NCBI RefSeq assembly: GCF_054482595.1
Contig: NZ_CM137008.1
Length of the DNA stretch: 64,000 bases
Reading direction: 5' to 3' (one strand)
The position numbers were made by a program, and so were the translations under genes. Below the pieces are notes generated by a model, which did not search any database, was not told where the DNA came from, and worked only from the letters and a program-made list of their open reading frames with translations. Positions 11,200 to 27,485 of this stretch are shown one piece after another. The stretch's first letter is position 1; every line of letters begins with the position of its first letter.

Positions 11200-12131
11200 T
11201 GGAAATATCAATAGTAATTCCACTGTATAACAAAGAGAATTATATCAAGAGGACGTTGCTTTCAATAATTGATACTTTTGGGAGAGTCTATAACGAGAAA
11301 GAGTATGAAATAGTCATCGTGGATGATGGGTCAAAAGATAAAAGTGTAAGTGTAGTAGAAAGTATAAATAGTAATGTTGTAAAACTCTACAAACAAGAAA
11401 ATGGCGGTCCTTCAAAAGCAAGAAATAATGGTGTAAATTTCAGTGATGGAAAATATGTCATTTTTTGTGATGCTGATGATATTATTTTGCCAAATTATGG
11501 TGATTATATAAAATATTCCATTGATAATTATCCTGACCATGATGTATTTGTTGCATTTAGCCGTGTTTTAAGAAACAGTAAAGAAAATTATAGCATACCT
11601 CTTTTTGACCCCGTGGATGTTTCTATTGTTGATGATTTTTTCTATGAGTGGGATAAGAGAAAGTTTTTTAGTGCATCGTCAATTTGTATAAAAAAACATT
11701 TCTTTATACAAAATGACTTGTATTTTGATGAAACGATTTCATCAGGTGAAGATTTATTGATGTTTTATAAAGCTGCGATTAAAACTAAATATGTTGCCTA
11801 TAGTCAACCGGCAGTATTATATGATAAAACAGTAGATTCGCAGTTAAGTTCTAATCCTGATTTGAAAATTGGTGCACATACTTATTTTTTAATAAAAGTC
11901 TACAAAACAGAGAATTTATCAGTCAAAGATAAAACTGCAATAAATCGAATTATCGATAAACAAATATGCTTTGTTGCAGTGGATAATCTCTTACGTAAAA
12001 AGTATGCAAATTCGTTAAATATAGTATTGTTCCGCAAACGAATGCTTTTACAACCTAAATTAGCTATAAAATTAATTATAGCCAGTATTTCGTATAAACT
12101 TTTTACTAAAATATCTAGTCTACTAAGATGA
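11199..12131 (+). CDS. Glycosyltransferase family 2
   Basis: 310 aa with GT-A signature (ISIVIPLYNKENYI ... VDDGSKD ... CDADD). Confidence 0.7.
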   Translation: MEISIVIPLYNKENYIKRTLLSIIDTFGRVYNEKEYEIVIVDDGSKDKSVSVVESINSNVVKLYKQENGGPSKARNNGVNFSDGKYVIFCDADDIILPNYGDYIKYSIDNYPDHDVFVAFSRVLRNSKENYSIPLFDPVDVSIVDDFFYEWDKRKFFSASSICIKKHFFIQNDLYFDETISSGEDLLMFYKAAIKTKYVAYSQPAVLYDKTVDSQLSSNPDLKIGAHTYFLIKVYKTENLSVKDKTAINRIIDKQICFVAVDNLLRKKYANSLNIVLFRKRMLLQPKLAIKLIIASISYKLFTKISSLLR

Positions 12132-13228
12132 TCATAGAGAATAATAAAGTGAGTTCACATAGCTATTTATGGGTTCTTTTCCAATCCTTTATATTTTATT
12201 ACAAATTCATGCTCCAAAGTTGGGACGGTGATGAACAGATTGTAAATGTAATATCTATCATCTTAACCTTACTTCTTTTATGTGGTACGATTAGTGCTTT
12301 TATAATCTCAAATATTAAAGAGAAATGTATATTTTTAATAATTTTCATTTTTGTTGCCTTGAACATAATTATAGCAGATAACAAATCTGTCTTTTGGATG
12401 GTGACGGCGTTCACTTTCTTGATACTCTTTTCAACGTTAACCATTAAAAATAGAATTAGGATATTGGTTTTCTCTTTTATAATTGCATGGTGTTTCTTTT
12501 TACCACTACAAATATTTTTCTCCAATTCCTATACATATATTGATGATCGATATTTAAGATATACATTTGGATTTTTAAATCCTAATGGATTAGGGATGTT
12601 TCTATTACTGTTGCAGACACTTTTATATTATTGGATATGGACTTCAATAAAAGCAACAATAATCGTGAAGCAAATGATTACAATAATTTTGGGTGGATCT
12701 ATCATATGCATAATATTTTTAAGTGAATCAAGAACATATATATTACTATCCTTTTTATTACTGATTTTAACTGTAATATACGGATTTAAGAAATTTAAAT
12801 TCTCATCACGACTTCTATTTATATATTTACTGTTTGTTATGCTTTTACAATGGCTTTCTGTAAAAGGTTTTGAGAATTACCTCATATTTCAAGATATGAA
12901 CGCATATATGAGTGGGCGAGTCTGGTTTTCCTATAATTTACTAAGCCAAATGGGAGAACCGAAATTCTTTATTGGTAGTGATATTTCATTGTATCAACCG
13001 ATAGACTTCTTCTTTATATCACTATTATATAATAATGGGATACTGGCTTCGTTAATATTGTTATACTGTAACTATATCTTTCTAAAAAAGTTAGACAACT
13101 CTACGAAATATGAAAGTATATTAGCTTTTATATTTATTACAGTAAGTTTCACAGAAGCTGTATATAATATTCCTCTGTTGAATTTCTTCTTTTTGCTGTT
13201 ATATAAAAAGGAATTGAGGTTTTCATGA
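12128..13228 (+). CDS. wzy: O-antigen polymerase
   Basis: 366-aa very hydrophobic, low-complexity membrane protein with about 10 predicted TM segments and a larger loop; position in the O-antigen cluster. Confidence 0.6.
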   Translation: MIIENNKVSSHSYLWVLFQSFIFYYKFMLQSWDGDEQIVNVISIILTLLLLCGTISAFIISNIKEKCIFLIIFIFVALNIIIADNKSVFWMVTAFTFLILFSTLTIKNRIRILVFSFIIAWCFFLPLQIFFSNSYTYIDDRYLRYTFGFLNPNGLGMFLLLLQTLLYYWIWTSIKATIIVKQMITIILGGSIICIIFLSESRTYILLSFLLLILTVIYGFKKFKFSSRLLFIYLLFVMLLQWLSVKGFENYLIFQDMNAYMSGRVWFSYNLLSQMGEPKFFIGSDISLYQPIDFFFISLLYNNGILASLILLYCNYIFLKKLDNSTKYESILAFIFITVSFTEAVYNIPLLNFFFLLLYKKELRFS

Positions 13229-14244
13229 AAGTTGATGCAGTAATCTTATGGGTAGATGGTAATGATCCAAAATGGCAGGAAGAATACAATAAATATTGTA
13301 AGCCGGCCTCTCGAATTGAGAATGGTGTACAAAGATATAGAGATTGGGATACACTACGATATGTAATTCGTGGAATAGAATATAACCTTCCTTGGATTGA
13401 CAAAATACATTTTGTGACATGTGGTCAAAAGCCAAGTTGGATGGTTGGATATCATCCAAAACTCAATTTTGTACATCATAACGATATTTTTGAGAATGAT
13501 ACATTTTTACCCACATTTAATTCAAGTGCAATAGAGTTAAATCTGTCAAGGATAAAGGGATTAAGTGAGAGGTTTATATATTTTAATGATGATATGCTTG
13601 TGCTTAAAAACACTCCTCTTCAGAGGTTTTTTGTAAATGATTTACCGGTGGATTTTTTAATTGAAGCTTTCCCACGGCGTGGGTTATTGTATGAAAAAAT
13701 ACGTTCCAACTCAACTTGGGTTTCAATGATAAATAATTGCACTTCGCTCATAAATAGAGTGTATCACAAGAATAAATATATACAGGATAATCGTAATTTA
13801 TATTATAACATGAACTATGGACGACATGTCATTGCTAATGTACTGGCGTCCCCTTTTAAGCAGTTTTTGGCTTTTAAACACTATCATCATCCTCAAGCAT
13901 ATCTTAAAAAGACATTACAATCCGTTGAGCGTGAGTTCCCAGTGGAGTTTAACTTAACATGCAAATCTAGATTCCGAGAACATGATAATATCTCACAGGC
14001 GTTGTTTAGATATTACCAATTGGTAACTGGTAGTTTTTATCCGTGCTATTATAATGATCATGCCTGTGTTAATGTAGTAAATAAAAAATCTGCAAGCCAG
14101 TGTATTGAAGCTCTTCATCAAAAACGATTTGTGTGTATAAATGATGAGATTAATGACGACTTAGATGATAGTTCAATTTTAATAAATGATATAATTAAAG
14201 AGTTGGATTTGATTCTTCCAAATAAATCAAGTTTTGAGATCTAA
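13225..14244 (+). CDS. Stealth-family sugar-1-phosphate (hexose-phosphate) transferase
   Basis: N-terminal DAVILWVDGNDP matches Stealth conserved region 1; downstream LRYVIRG...PWIDKIHFVTCGQKP...LPTFNSSAIELNL...GLSERFIYFNDDM matches CR2. Confidence 0.6.
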   Translation: MKVDAVILWVDGNDPKWQEEYNKYCKPASRIENGVQRYRDWDTLRYVIRGIEYNLPWIDKIHFVTCGQKPSWMVGYHPKLNFVHHNDIFENDTFLPTFNSSAIELNLSRIKGLSERFIYFNDDMLVLKNTPLQRFFVNDLPVDFLIEAFPRRGLLYEKIRSNSTWVSMINNCTSLINRVYHKNKYIQDNRNLYYNMNYGRHVIANVLASPFKQFLAFKHYHHPQAYLKKTLQSVEREFPVEFNLTCKSRFREHDNISQALFRYYQLVTGSFYPCYYNDHACVNVVNKKSASQCIEALHQKRFVCINDEINDDLDDSSILINDIIKELDLILPNKSSFEI

Positions 14245-14250
14245 ATTAAT

Positions 14251-15069
14251 ATGAATTCGTTTGATGAGTTTAATGTGCTACTATCTCTTTATAAAAATGA
14301 GAGCCCCGATAATCTGGATGCGTGTTTTCAAAGCATAAGCACTCAATCTTTGAAAAGATTTAAAATAATACTTGTCATAGATGGTCCTATTTCTTCTGAG
14401 TTAAATGAGGTTGTCGGAAAGTGGAAGTCACTATTACCTATTAAAATTATCAATCTCGAACGTAATGTTGGCTTAGGTAATGCTTTAAATATAGGTTTGA
14501 AATATTGCAGTTGTGATTATGTGTTTCGTATGGATACAGATGATATTTGTCATCCGGATAGGTTTTCCATACAATTTAGTTATCTGAGGAAACACCCCGA
14601 TATTGATTTGCTTGGTGGACAGATTGTAGAATTCCATGAATGCATAGAGGAGCCTAACGGTATGCGGTTAGTACCTTCTAAATATGAGGAAATTCTTCAG
14701 TATTGTAAACTTAAAAACCCATTTAATCATATGACAGTTGTGTTTAAAAGAGAGAGTGTACTTAAGGTCGGTGGATATAAACATCATTTATATATGGAGG
14801 ATTATAATCTTTGGCTTCGTATGATATCAATTGGTTGCAAAGTGGAAAATTTAGATGATGTGATTGTTTTTGCCCGAACAGACGTGAATTCATTAATGAG
14901 ACGTAGAGGGTGGCAATATGTTAAAAGTGAATGGAAATTAGCACTGTTAAAAATAAAGTTAAGAATAAATAATCCTATTGTTTCTTTATCTGTTTTTATC
15001 CTCCGATCTATACCTCGATTATTACCTATTATGTTGATTCGTAGAATTTATGCCCACAACCGCAAGTGA
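14251..15069 (+). CDS. Glycosyltransferase (GT-A fold, GT2-like)
   Basis: 272 aa; N-terminal NVLLSLYKNE and DxD-like FRMDTDD motif; last gene before gnd. Confidence 0.55.
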   Translation: MNSFDEFNVLLSLYKNESPDNLDACFQSISTQSLKRFKIILVIDGPISSELNEVVGKWKSLLPIKIINLERNVGLGNALNIGLKYCSCDYVFRMDTDDICHPDRFSIQFSYLRKHPDIDLLGGQIVEFHECIEEPNGMRLVPSKYEEILQYCKLKNPFNHMTVVFKRESVLKVGGYKHHLYMEDYNLWLRMISIGCKVENLDDVIVFARTDVNSLMRRRGWQYVKSEWKLALLKIKLRINNPIVSLSVFILRSIPRLLPIMLIRRIYAHNRK

Positions 15070-15217
15070 ATTTTTTTAAGTCATATTGAGTAATTGAGTA
15101 ATAGTTTTCCTATGTAATCAAAATTAACTATCAGTTTTATTATTAGTTGGGTAATATCTCTCTATATCTCAACCAGTGCAGTCATTGCATGGTGAACACC
15201 CCTGACAGGAGTAAACA

Positions 15218-16624
15218 ATGTCAAAGCAACAGATTGGCGTCGTCGGTATGGCAGTGATGGGGCGCAACCTTGCGCTCAACATCGAAAGCCGTGGTTATAC
15301 CGTCTCTATTTTCAACCGTTCCCGTGAAAAGACGGAAGAAGTGATTGCCGAAAATCCAGGCAAAAAACTGGTTCCTTACTATACGGTGAAAGAGTTTGTT
15401 GAATCTCTGGAAACGCCTCGTCGCATCCTGTTAATGGTGAAAGCAGGTGCAGGCACGGATGCTGCTATTGATTCCCTCAAGCCATACCTCGATAAAGGTG
15501 ACATCATCATTGATGGTGGTAATACTTTCTTCCAGGACACCATTCGTCGTAACCGTGAACTTTCTGCCGAAGGCTTTAACTTCATTGGTACCGGTGTTTC
15601 CGGTGGTGAAGAAGGCGCGCTGAAAGGGCCTTCCATTATGCCTGGTGGCCAGAAAGAAGCCTATGAACTGGTTGCACCGATCCTCACCAAAATCGCCGCA
15701 GTGGCTGAAGACGGTGAGCCATGCGTTACCTATATTGGTGCCGATGGAGCAGGTCACTATGTGAAGATGGTTCACAACGGTATTGAATACGGCGATATGC
15801 AGCTGATTGCTGAAGCCTATTCTCTGCTTAAAGGTGGCCTGAATCTTTCCAACGAAGAACTGGCGCAGACGTTTACCGAGTGGAATAACGGTGAACTGAG
15901 CAGCTACCTGATCGACATCACCAAAGATATCTTCACCAAAAAAGATGAAGACGGTAACTACCTGGTTGATGTGATTCTGGATGAAGCAGCAAACAAAGGT
16001 ACGGGCAAATGGACCAGCCAGAGTGCGCTGGATCTCGGCGAACCGTTGTCGCTGATTACCGAGTCTGTGTTTGCTCGTTATATCTCTTCTCTGAAAGATC
16101 AGCGTGTTGCCGCATCTAAAGTTCTCTCTGGCCCGCAAGCACAGCCAGCAGGCGACAAGGCTGAGTTCATCGAAAAAGTTCGTCGTGCGCTGTATCTGGG
16201 CAAAATCGTTTCTTACGCCCAGGGCTTCTCTCAGCTGCGTGCTGCGTCTGAAGAGTACAACTGGGATCTGAACTACGGCGAAATCGCGAAGATTTTCCGT
16301 GCTGGTTGCATCATCCGTGCGCAGTTCCTGCAGAAAATCACCGATGCATACGCCGAAAATCCGCAGATCGCTAACCTGCTGCTGGCTCCGTACTTCAAGC
16401 AAATTGCCGATGACTACCAGCAGGCGCTGCGCGATGTCGTCGCTTATGCGGTACAGAACGGTATCCCGGTTCCGACCTTCGCCGCTGCGGTTGCCTATTA
16501 TGACAGCTACCGCGCCGCAGTTCTGCCTGCGAACCTGATCCAGGCACAGCGTGACTATTTCGGTGCGCATACTTATAAGCGCATTGATAAAGAAGGTGTG
16601 TTCCATACCGAATGGTTGGATTAA
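15218..16624 (+). CDS. gnd: 6-phosphogluconate dehydrogenase, decarboxylating
   Basis: 468 aa; NADP-binding N-terminus ([16 protein letters not shown]) and 6PGDH signature region; conserved position downstream of the O-antigen cluster. Confidence 0.95.
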   Translation: MSKQQIGVVGMAVMGRNLALNIESRGYTVSIFNRSREKTEEVIAENPGKKLVPYYTVKEFVESLETPRRILLMVKAGAGTDAAIDSLKPYLDKGDIIIDGGNTFFQDTIRRNRELSAEGFNFIGTGVSGGEEGALKGPSIMPGGQKEAYELVAPILTKIAAVAEDGEPCVTYIGADGAGHYVKMVHNGIEYGDMQLIAEAYSLLKGGLNLSNEELAQTFTEWNNGELSSYLIDITKDIFTKKDEDGNYLVDVILDEAANKGTGKWTSQSALDLGEPLSLITESVFARYISSLKDQRVAASKVLSGPQAQPAGDKAEFIEKVRRALYLGKIVSYAQGFSQLRAASEEYNWDLNYGEIAKIFRAGCIIRAQFLQKITDAYAENPQIANLLLAPYFKQIADDYQQALRDVVAYAVQNGIPVPTFAAAVAYYDSYRAAVLPANLIQAQRDYFGAHTYKRIDKEGVFHTEWLD

Positions 16625-16650
16625 TCTGATCTAACCAACAATAAATTTAG

Positions 16651-16679
16651 GCCCGGCGTATATTGCGCCGGGCTTTTTG
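16651..16679 (+). terminator. Rho-independent terminator-like hairpin after gnd (or left-end hairpin of the IS200-like element)
   Basis: ggcccggcg-tatatt-gcgccgggc followed by ttttt. Confidence 0.45.
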
Positions 16680-17390
16680 TGCACAGAAAACCCCCAGCTA
16701 GGCTGGGGGTTCCGGAAAGCTATCAGCTTTGAGCCAGTTATTAAAACCCCTTTTGATTTGTTAAAACACCTTGCGGTCTGGCAACTGCAAGTGTCAAACA
16801 AGAAATCAAAAGGGGGTCCCAATGGGGAACGAAAAGAGCTTAGCGCACACCCGATGGAACTGTAAATATCACATAGTTTTTGCGCCAAAATACTGAAGAC
16901 AAGTGTTCTACAGAGAGAAACGTAGAGCAATAGGCAGTATTTTGAGAAAGCTGTGTGAGTGGAAAAGCGTACGGATTCTTGAAACTGAATGCTGTGCAGA
17001 TCATATCCATATGCTTGTGGAGAGCCCGCCCAAAATGAGCGTATCCGGCTTTATGGGATATCTGAAAGGGAAAAGCAGTCTGATGCTTTACGAGCAGTTT
17101 GATGATTTGAAATTCAAATACAGGAACAGGGAGTTCTGGTGCAGAGGGTACTACGTCGATACGGTGGGTAAGAACACGGCGAAGATACAGGATTACATAA
17201 AGCACCAGCTTGAAGAGGATAAAATGGGAGAGCAGTTATCGATTCCCTATCCGGGCAGCCCGTTTACGGGCCGTAAGTAACGAAGTTGGATGCAAATGTC
17301 AGATCGTGTGCGCCTGTTAGGGCGCGGCTGGTAAGAGAGCCTTATAGGCGCATTTGAAAAACCTCCGGCTATGCCGGAGGATATTTATTT
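16680..17390 (+). mobile_element. IS200-like insertion sequence (IS200/IS605 family), about 710 bp, ends approximate
   Basis: Encodes an IS200-type TnpA; the gnd-ugd spacer is about 958 bp, roughly 710 bp longer than the approximately 250-bp spacer recalled for K-12; hairpins near both ends (aacccccagc-tag-gctgggggtt at about 16689-16711; cctccggc-tat-gccggagg at about 17361-17379). Boundaries uncertain by about 40 bp. Confidence 0.7.
16822..17280 (+). pseudogene. tnpA: IS200 transposase TnpA (HuH Y1 family) with in-frame TGA at codon 25
   Basis: Translation from ATG 16822 gives MGNEKSLAHTRWNCKYHIVFAPKY then TGA (16894-16896), then RQVFYREKRRAIGSILRKLCEW...HIHML... in the same frame to 17280. 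Canonical IS200 TnpA has Arg at this position, consistent with CGA to TGA. Confidence 0.7.
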
Positions 17391-17573
17391 TTGCCAATTA
17401 TCTTATAGACTAAATTTCACTGCTTAATATTAACTTAATAAATATCAGCTATTCTTATAAAGAAAATCTGAATTGTTTTTCGTTGCGTTGACCATCTGAC
17501 AACGTAGCGTTAAAACTTTTAGCTCTTATCAGGATGCTAAAAACATCATGATTCACAGTTAAGTTAATTCTGA

Positions 17574-18749
<1,176 letters not shown>

Positions 18750-18895
18750 CATCCTGTTATCAGGGCGATTTTCGCCCTGATTCTCTTATGTTCCCTTTGT
18801 AATAATTCATTATTTTTATCATTTATCCTATAGCATTCATGGCGATTATCGCTAAACTATGGCGACTTAAAATTATTTCGTCCGTTAGGGTAATG

Positions 18896-19876
18896 ATGAG
18901 AGTAGAAAATAATAATGTTTCTGGGCAAAACCATGACCAGGAACAGATTGATTTGATTGATTTACTGGTGCAGTTGTGGCGTGGCAAGATGACAATTATC
19001 ATCTCTGTCATTGTTGCTATTGCCCTGGCTATTGGGTATTTGGCGGTAGCGAAGGAGAAATGGACGTCAACAGCAATTATCACTCAGCCTGACGTGGGGC
19101 AAATTGCTGGCTATAACAATGCCATGAATGTTATCTATGGTCAGGCTGCACCTAAAGTGCCGGATTTACAGGAGGCGTTAATTGGTCGCTTCAGTTCTGC
19201 CTTCTCTGCATTAGCAGAAACGCTGGATAATCAGAAAGAACCAGAAAAACTTACCATCGAACCTTCTGTAAAGAACCAGCAATTACCATTGACTGTTTCT
19301 TATGTTGGGCAAACTGCAGAGGACGCACAAATGAAATTGGCCCAATACATTCAGCAAGTTGATGATAAAGTAAATCAAGAGCTAGAAAAGGATCTCAAGG
19401 ACAACCTTGCTTTGGGACGGAAAAACTTGCAGGACTCTTTAAGAACTCAGGAAGTGGTTGCGCAGGAGCAGAAAGATCTGCGTATCCGTCAGATTCAGGA
19501 AGCGTTGCAGTATGCGAATCAGGCGCAGGTGACAAAACCGCAGATTCAACAGACTGGCGAAGATATCACACAAGATACGTTGTTCCTTTTGGGGAGCGAA
19601 GCGCTGGAGTCGATGATTAAGCATGAGGCAACTCGTCCGTTGGTGTTTTCGCCAGACTACTATCAGACTCGTCAAAACCTGCTGGATATCGAAAACTTAA
19701 AGGTTGACGATCTTGATATTCATGCTTACCGTTATGTGATGAAACCGACGTTACCTATTCGTCGCGATAGCCCGAAAAAGGCAATTACCTTGATTCTGGC
19801 GGTGCTGCTGGGCGGCATGGTTGGCGCGGGGATTGTGTTGGGGCGTAATGCTCTGCGTAATTACAACTCGAAGTAA
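18896..19876 (+). CDS. wzzB: O-antigen chain-length determinant (polysaccharide co-polymerase)
   Basis: ORF 18839..19876; start reassigned to MRVENNNVSGQNHD (326 aa). Two TM segments flank a coiled-coil periplasmic domain; conserved position between ugd and hisI. Confidence 0.88.
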   Translation: MRVENNNVSGQNHDQEQIDLIDLLVQLWRGKMTIIISVIVAIALAIGYLAVAKEKWTSTAIITQPDVGQIAGYNNAMNVIYGQAAPKVPDLQEALIGRFSSAFSALAETLDNQKEPEKLTIEPSVKNQQLPLTVSYVGQTAEDAQMKLAQYIQQVDDKVNQELEKDLKDNLALGRKNLQDSLRTQEVVAQEQKDLRIRQIQEALQYANQAQVTKPQIQQTGEDITQDTLFLLGSEALESMIKHEATRPLVFSPDYYQTRQNLLDIENLKVDDLDIHAYRYVMKPTLPIRRDSPKKAITLILAVLLGGMVGAGIVLGRNALRNYNSK

Positions 19877-19892
19877 TCTTTTCGGTTTTAAA

Positions 19893-19931
19893 GAAAATGG
19901 GCAGGGTGGTGACACCTTGCCCGTTTTTTTT
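19893..19931. terminator. Bidirectional terminator-like hairpin between wzzB and hisI
   Basis: gggcagggtggtgacaccttgccc followed by gtttttttt on the plus strand; an adjacent 9-bp inverted repeat cggatgcga...tcgcatccg is REP-like. Confidence 0.4.
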
Positions 19932-19972
19932 GCCGGATGCGACGACAATATCGCATCCGCTTACCCCGCAAC

Positions 19973-20577
19973 TCACTGATGCCGTTTACGCAGGTTCTCA
20001 ATCACCGTCGTTAAGTCCAGATCCTGATCCTGCAATAGCACCAGCAGGTGATACATCAAATCAGATGCCTCGTTGGTCAGCTCAAAGCGGTCATGTACTG
20101 TCGCTGCCAGTGCGGTTTCCACGCCTTCTTCGCCCACTTTCTGCGCAATGCGCTTGGTGCCGCTGGCATACAGTTTGGCGGTATAGGAGGTTTCCGGGTC
20201 GGCAGATTTACGTTCGGCGAGCAGTTGTTCCAGTTGATACAGGAACAGCCACTGGTGAGCGGTGTCGCCGAAGCAGCTGCTGGTGCCTTTGTGGCAGGTC
20301 GGGCCGATGGGATTCGCCAGCAACAGTAACGTGTCGTTGTCGCAGTCCGGCGTAATATTTACTACGTTGAGGAAATTGCCCGACGTTTCGCCTTTGGTCC
20401 ACAGTCGCTGTTTAGTGCGCGAGAAGAAGGTGACTTTGCCGCTTTCGATGGTTTTGTCCAGGGCTTGCGGGTTCATATAGCCCAGCATTAACACTTCACC
20501 GGATACCGCGTGTTGCACAATCACCGGCATAAGTCCGTCGGTTTTTTCCCAGTCCAGTTCGCGACGTTGTTGTTCTG

Positions 20578-20584
<7 letters not shown>
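19973..20584 (-). CDS. hisI: Bifunctional phosphoribosyl-AMP cyclohydrolase / phosphoribosyl-ATP pyrophosphatase
   Basis: 203 aa; last gene of the his operon; overlaps the hisF stop. Confidence 0.93.
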
Positions 20585-22662
<2,078 letters not shown>

Positions 22663-22663
<1 letters not shown>

Positions 22664-23729
22664 TACAGCACTCCTTTCGACGAGGGCAGGGTATCGCCTT
22701 CCACGCGGATGGCCTGGCGCAGGGTGCGACCAAAAGCTTTGAACAGGCTCTCTACACGGTGATGATCGTTTTTACCTTTGGTTTTCAGGTGCAACGTCAC
22801 GCCCATGGTGTAAGAGAGCGAACGGAAGAAGTGCTCGATCATTTCAGTGCTGAGATCGCCCACGCGCTGGTAGGTAAATTCAGCTTTATATTCCAGGTGC
22901 GGGCGACCAGAGATATCCAGTGCGCAGCGGGCAAGGCATTCGTCCATCGGCAGCACAAAACCAAAGCGGCAAATACCGCGTTTGTCGCCAAGAGCAATTT
23001 TTAACGCTTCGCCCAGCGCCAGGCCGGTATCTTCGACGGTGTGGTGATCGTCGATATAGAGGTCGCCTTTGACGTTGATTTCCATCCGGAAACCGCCGTG
23101 GGTGGCGATCTGATCCAGCATGTGATCAAAGAAGCCAACGCCGGTGTTAATCTTGCTGCCACCTTCGCGATCCAGCCACACCTGGACGTCAATTTGCGTC
23201 TCTTTGGTGTTGCGCACCACATGGGCGTAACGGTCTCGTTTAGTGAGCTGCTCGCCAATCATTGGCCAGTTCAGGGTTTCGCGGTCATAGCGTAAACCAT
23301 TAATGCCCATGTTTTCCGCCAGTTGAATGTCGGTCGCGCGATCGCCAATCACATAACTGTTGGCACGGTCCATCGCTTGCTCAGCCAGATAACGCTCTAC
23401 CAGTTTTACTTTCGGCTTACGGCAGTCGCACTCATCGGCGGGCAGGTGCGGACAAATCAGCACTTCATCAAACTGCACGCCTTGCGAGGTGAAGATCTGC
23501 ATCATCAGGTTGTGCGGGCCATCAAAATCCGCCTGCGGGAAACTTTGTGTTCCCAGACCATCCTGATTAGTGATCATCACCAGCTTGTAGCCCGCTTTTT
23601 GCAGCTTCAGTAGCTCCGGGATCACGCCCGGTTCAAAGGCGAGTTTGTCAAAACGGTCCACCTGAAAATCACTCGGCGGTTCGCTAATCAGGGTTCCATC
23701 GCGATCGATAAAAAGATACTTCTGACTCA

Positions 23730-23730
<1 letters not shown>
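22663..23730 (-). CDS. hisB: Bifunctional histidinol-phosphatase / imidazoleglycerol-phosphate dehydratase
   Basis: 355 aa from [15 protein letters not shown] (HAD phosphatase N-terminus); start overlaps the hisC stop. Confidence 0.93.
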
Positions 23731-26101
<2,371 letters not shown>

Positions 26102-26106
26102 GGCGA

Positions 26107-27006
26107 TCACTCCATCATCTTCTCAATCGGCAGGACCAGGATTGAACTGGCACCCAGCGCTTTCAGTTTTTCCATGGTTTCCCAGAACAGGGTTTCGCTA
26201 CTGACCATGTGCATCGCTACGCGCTGTTGATCACCCGCCAGCGGTAGAATAGTTGGGCGTTCGGCACCTGGCAGCAGGGCGATGACTTCATCCAGACGTT
26301 CGGTCGGTGCGTGCATCATGATGTATTTTGATTCGCGCGCCTGGATCACACCCTGAATACGGGTCAGCAGTTTGTCGATCAGTTGCTGTTTGGATTCTTC
26401 CATTTCGCCATCGCGCTGGATCAGGCAGGCTTTCGAGCGGTAGATAACTTCGACTTCGCGCAGGCCGTTAGCTTCCAGCGTGGCACCGGTGGAAACCAGA
26501 TCGCAAATCGCATCCGCCAGTCCGGCACGCGGGGCGACTTCAACAGAACCGTTCAGTAAGCAGGATTTAAAAGAGATGCCTTTCTGGTCGAGATAACGCT
26601 TGAGCAGGTGAGGATAAGAGGTGGCGATACGTTTACCGTTTAAGGAGAGCGGGCCGTCCCAGGCTTCATCAACTGGCGTTGCCAGCGAAAGACGGCAGCC
26701 GCCGAAATCCAGACGACGCAGGGTAAAGTAGCGTGGATCTTCACCCTGGGCGCGGCGGTTAAGCAGCTCTTCTTCCAGCACGTTTTCGCCGATAATCCCA
26801 AGGTCTACCACGCCATCCATTACCAGACCGGGAATGTCGTCGTCACGCACGCGCAGAATATCAATCGGCATGTTTTCTGCCATCGCGATCAGGCGCTGGG
26901 TGTGAAGATTGATTTTAATGCCACAGCGCGCCAGCAATTCGCGTGAGTCATCACTTAAACGGCCGGATTTCTGCATAGCTATGCGTAAACGAGTGTTGTC
27001 TGTCAT
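26107..27006 (-). CDS. hisG: ATP phosphoribosyltransferase
   Basis: 299 aa from [17 protein letters not shown] (ORF 26107..27045, start trimmed). Confidence 0.93.
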
Positions 27007-27052
27007 TTTCTTATTCCTCTTTAAACCTGTCTGAACCGTTATCAACCGCGCA

Positions 27053-27088
27053 ATAAAAAAGCCCCCGGAAGGTGATCTTCCGGGGGCT
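27053..27088 (-). terminator. his attenuator terminator
   Basis: Plus strand aaaaaaaa-gcccccggaag-gtgat-cttccgggggc; on the minus strand an 11-bp GC-rich stem followed by a U-run, between hisL and hisG. Confidence 0.75.
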
Positions 27089-27151
27089 TTCTCATGCGTT
27101 CATGCACCACTGGAAGATCTGAATGTCTTCCAGCACACATCGCCTGAAAGA

Positions 27152-27202
27152 CTAGTCAGGATGATGGTGATGATGGTGGTGTTTAAATTGAACGCGTGTC
27201 AT
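27152..27202 (-). CDS. hisL: his operon leader peptide
   Basis: Reverse complement reads ATG ACA CGC GTT CAA TTT AAA CAC CAC CAT CAT CAC CAT CAT CCT GAC TAG = MTRVQFKHHHHHHHPD*, seven consecutive His codons. Confidence 0.92.
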   Translation of the reverse strand: MTRVQFKHHHHHHHPD

Positions 27203-27224
27203 AAAAGTCTCTGTGAATGTTTAT

Positions 27225-27290
27225 TCAACTGATGTCTTTTAACCTAAACCACTTTCACGTTAGAAAGCAAGGGCTTTTTTATATATTTTA
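27225..27290 (-). promoter_or_regulatory. Probable his operon promoter region
   Basis: AT-rich region 25-90 bp upstream of hisL on the minus strand (ggtttaggttaaaagacatcagttgaataaacattcacagagac); assigned by position only. Confidence 0.3.
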
Positions 27291-27485
27291 TGGCGATGGA
27301 TTTGTTTAATGAATGAGCGGGGAAAGGAGGGCGCTAAGAGGACTGTCCTCTAACCTGACGGTACCCAAAATAGCGAAGCCTGGATTTTTCGTCTCACTGA
27401 CAATGTCTTGATCTACAAACTAATTAATAAATAGTGAATCAACGTCTATCATTGTACAATAAGCTGTACAAAAGAGGAGATTGAC

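Noticed and set aside
15431-16606. 391-aa minus-strand ORF covering almost all of gnd
   Set aside because: Antisense to a gene with unambiguous 6-phosphogluconate dehydrogenase motifs; no start context or domain features; a long open antisense frame in a strongly codon-biased gene.
16677-16865. 62-aa plus-strand ORF upstream of IS200 tnpA
   Set aside because: Lies in the structured left end of the IS200-like element and is out of frame with tnpA; its translation has no known counterpart.
19897-20480. Plus-strand ORFs (152, 93, 72 aa) inside hisI
   Set aside because: Antisense to hisI; Arg/Cys-rich composition; no ribosome-binding site.
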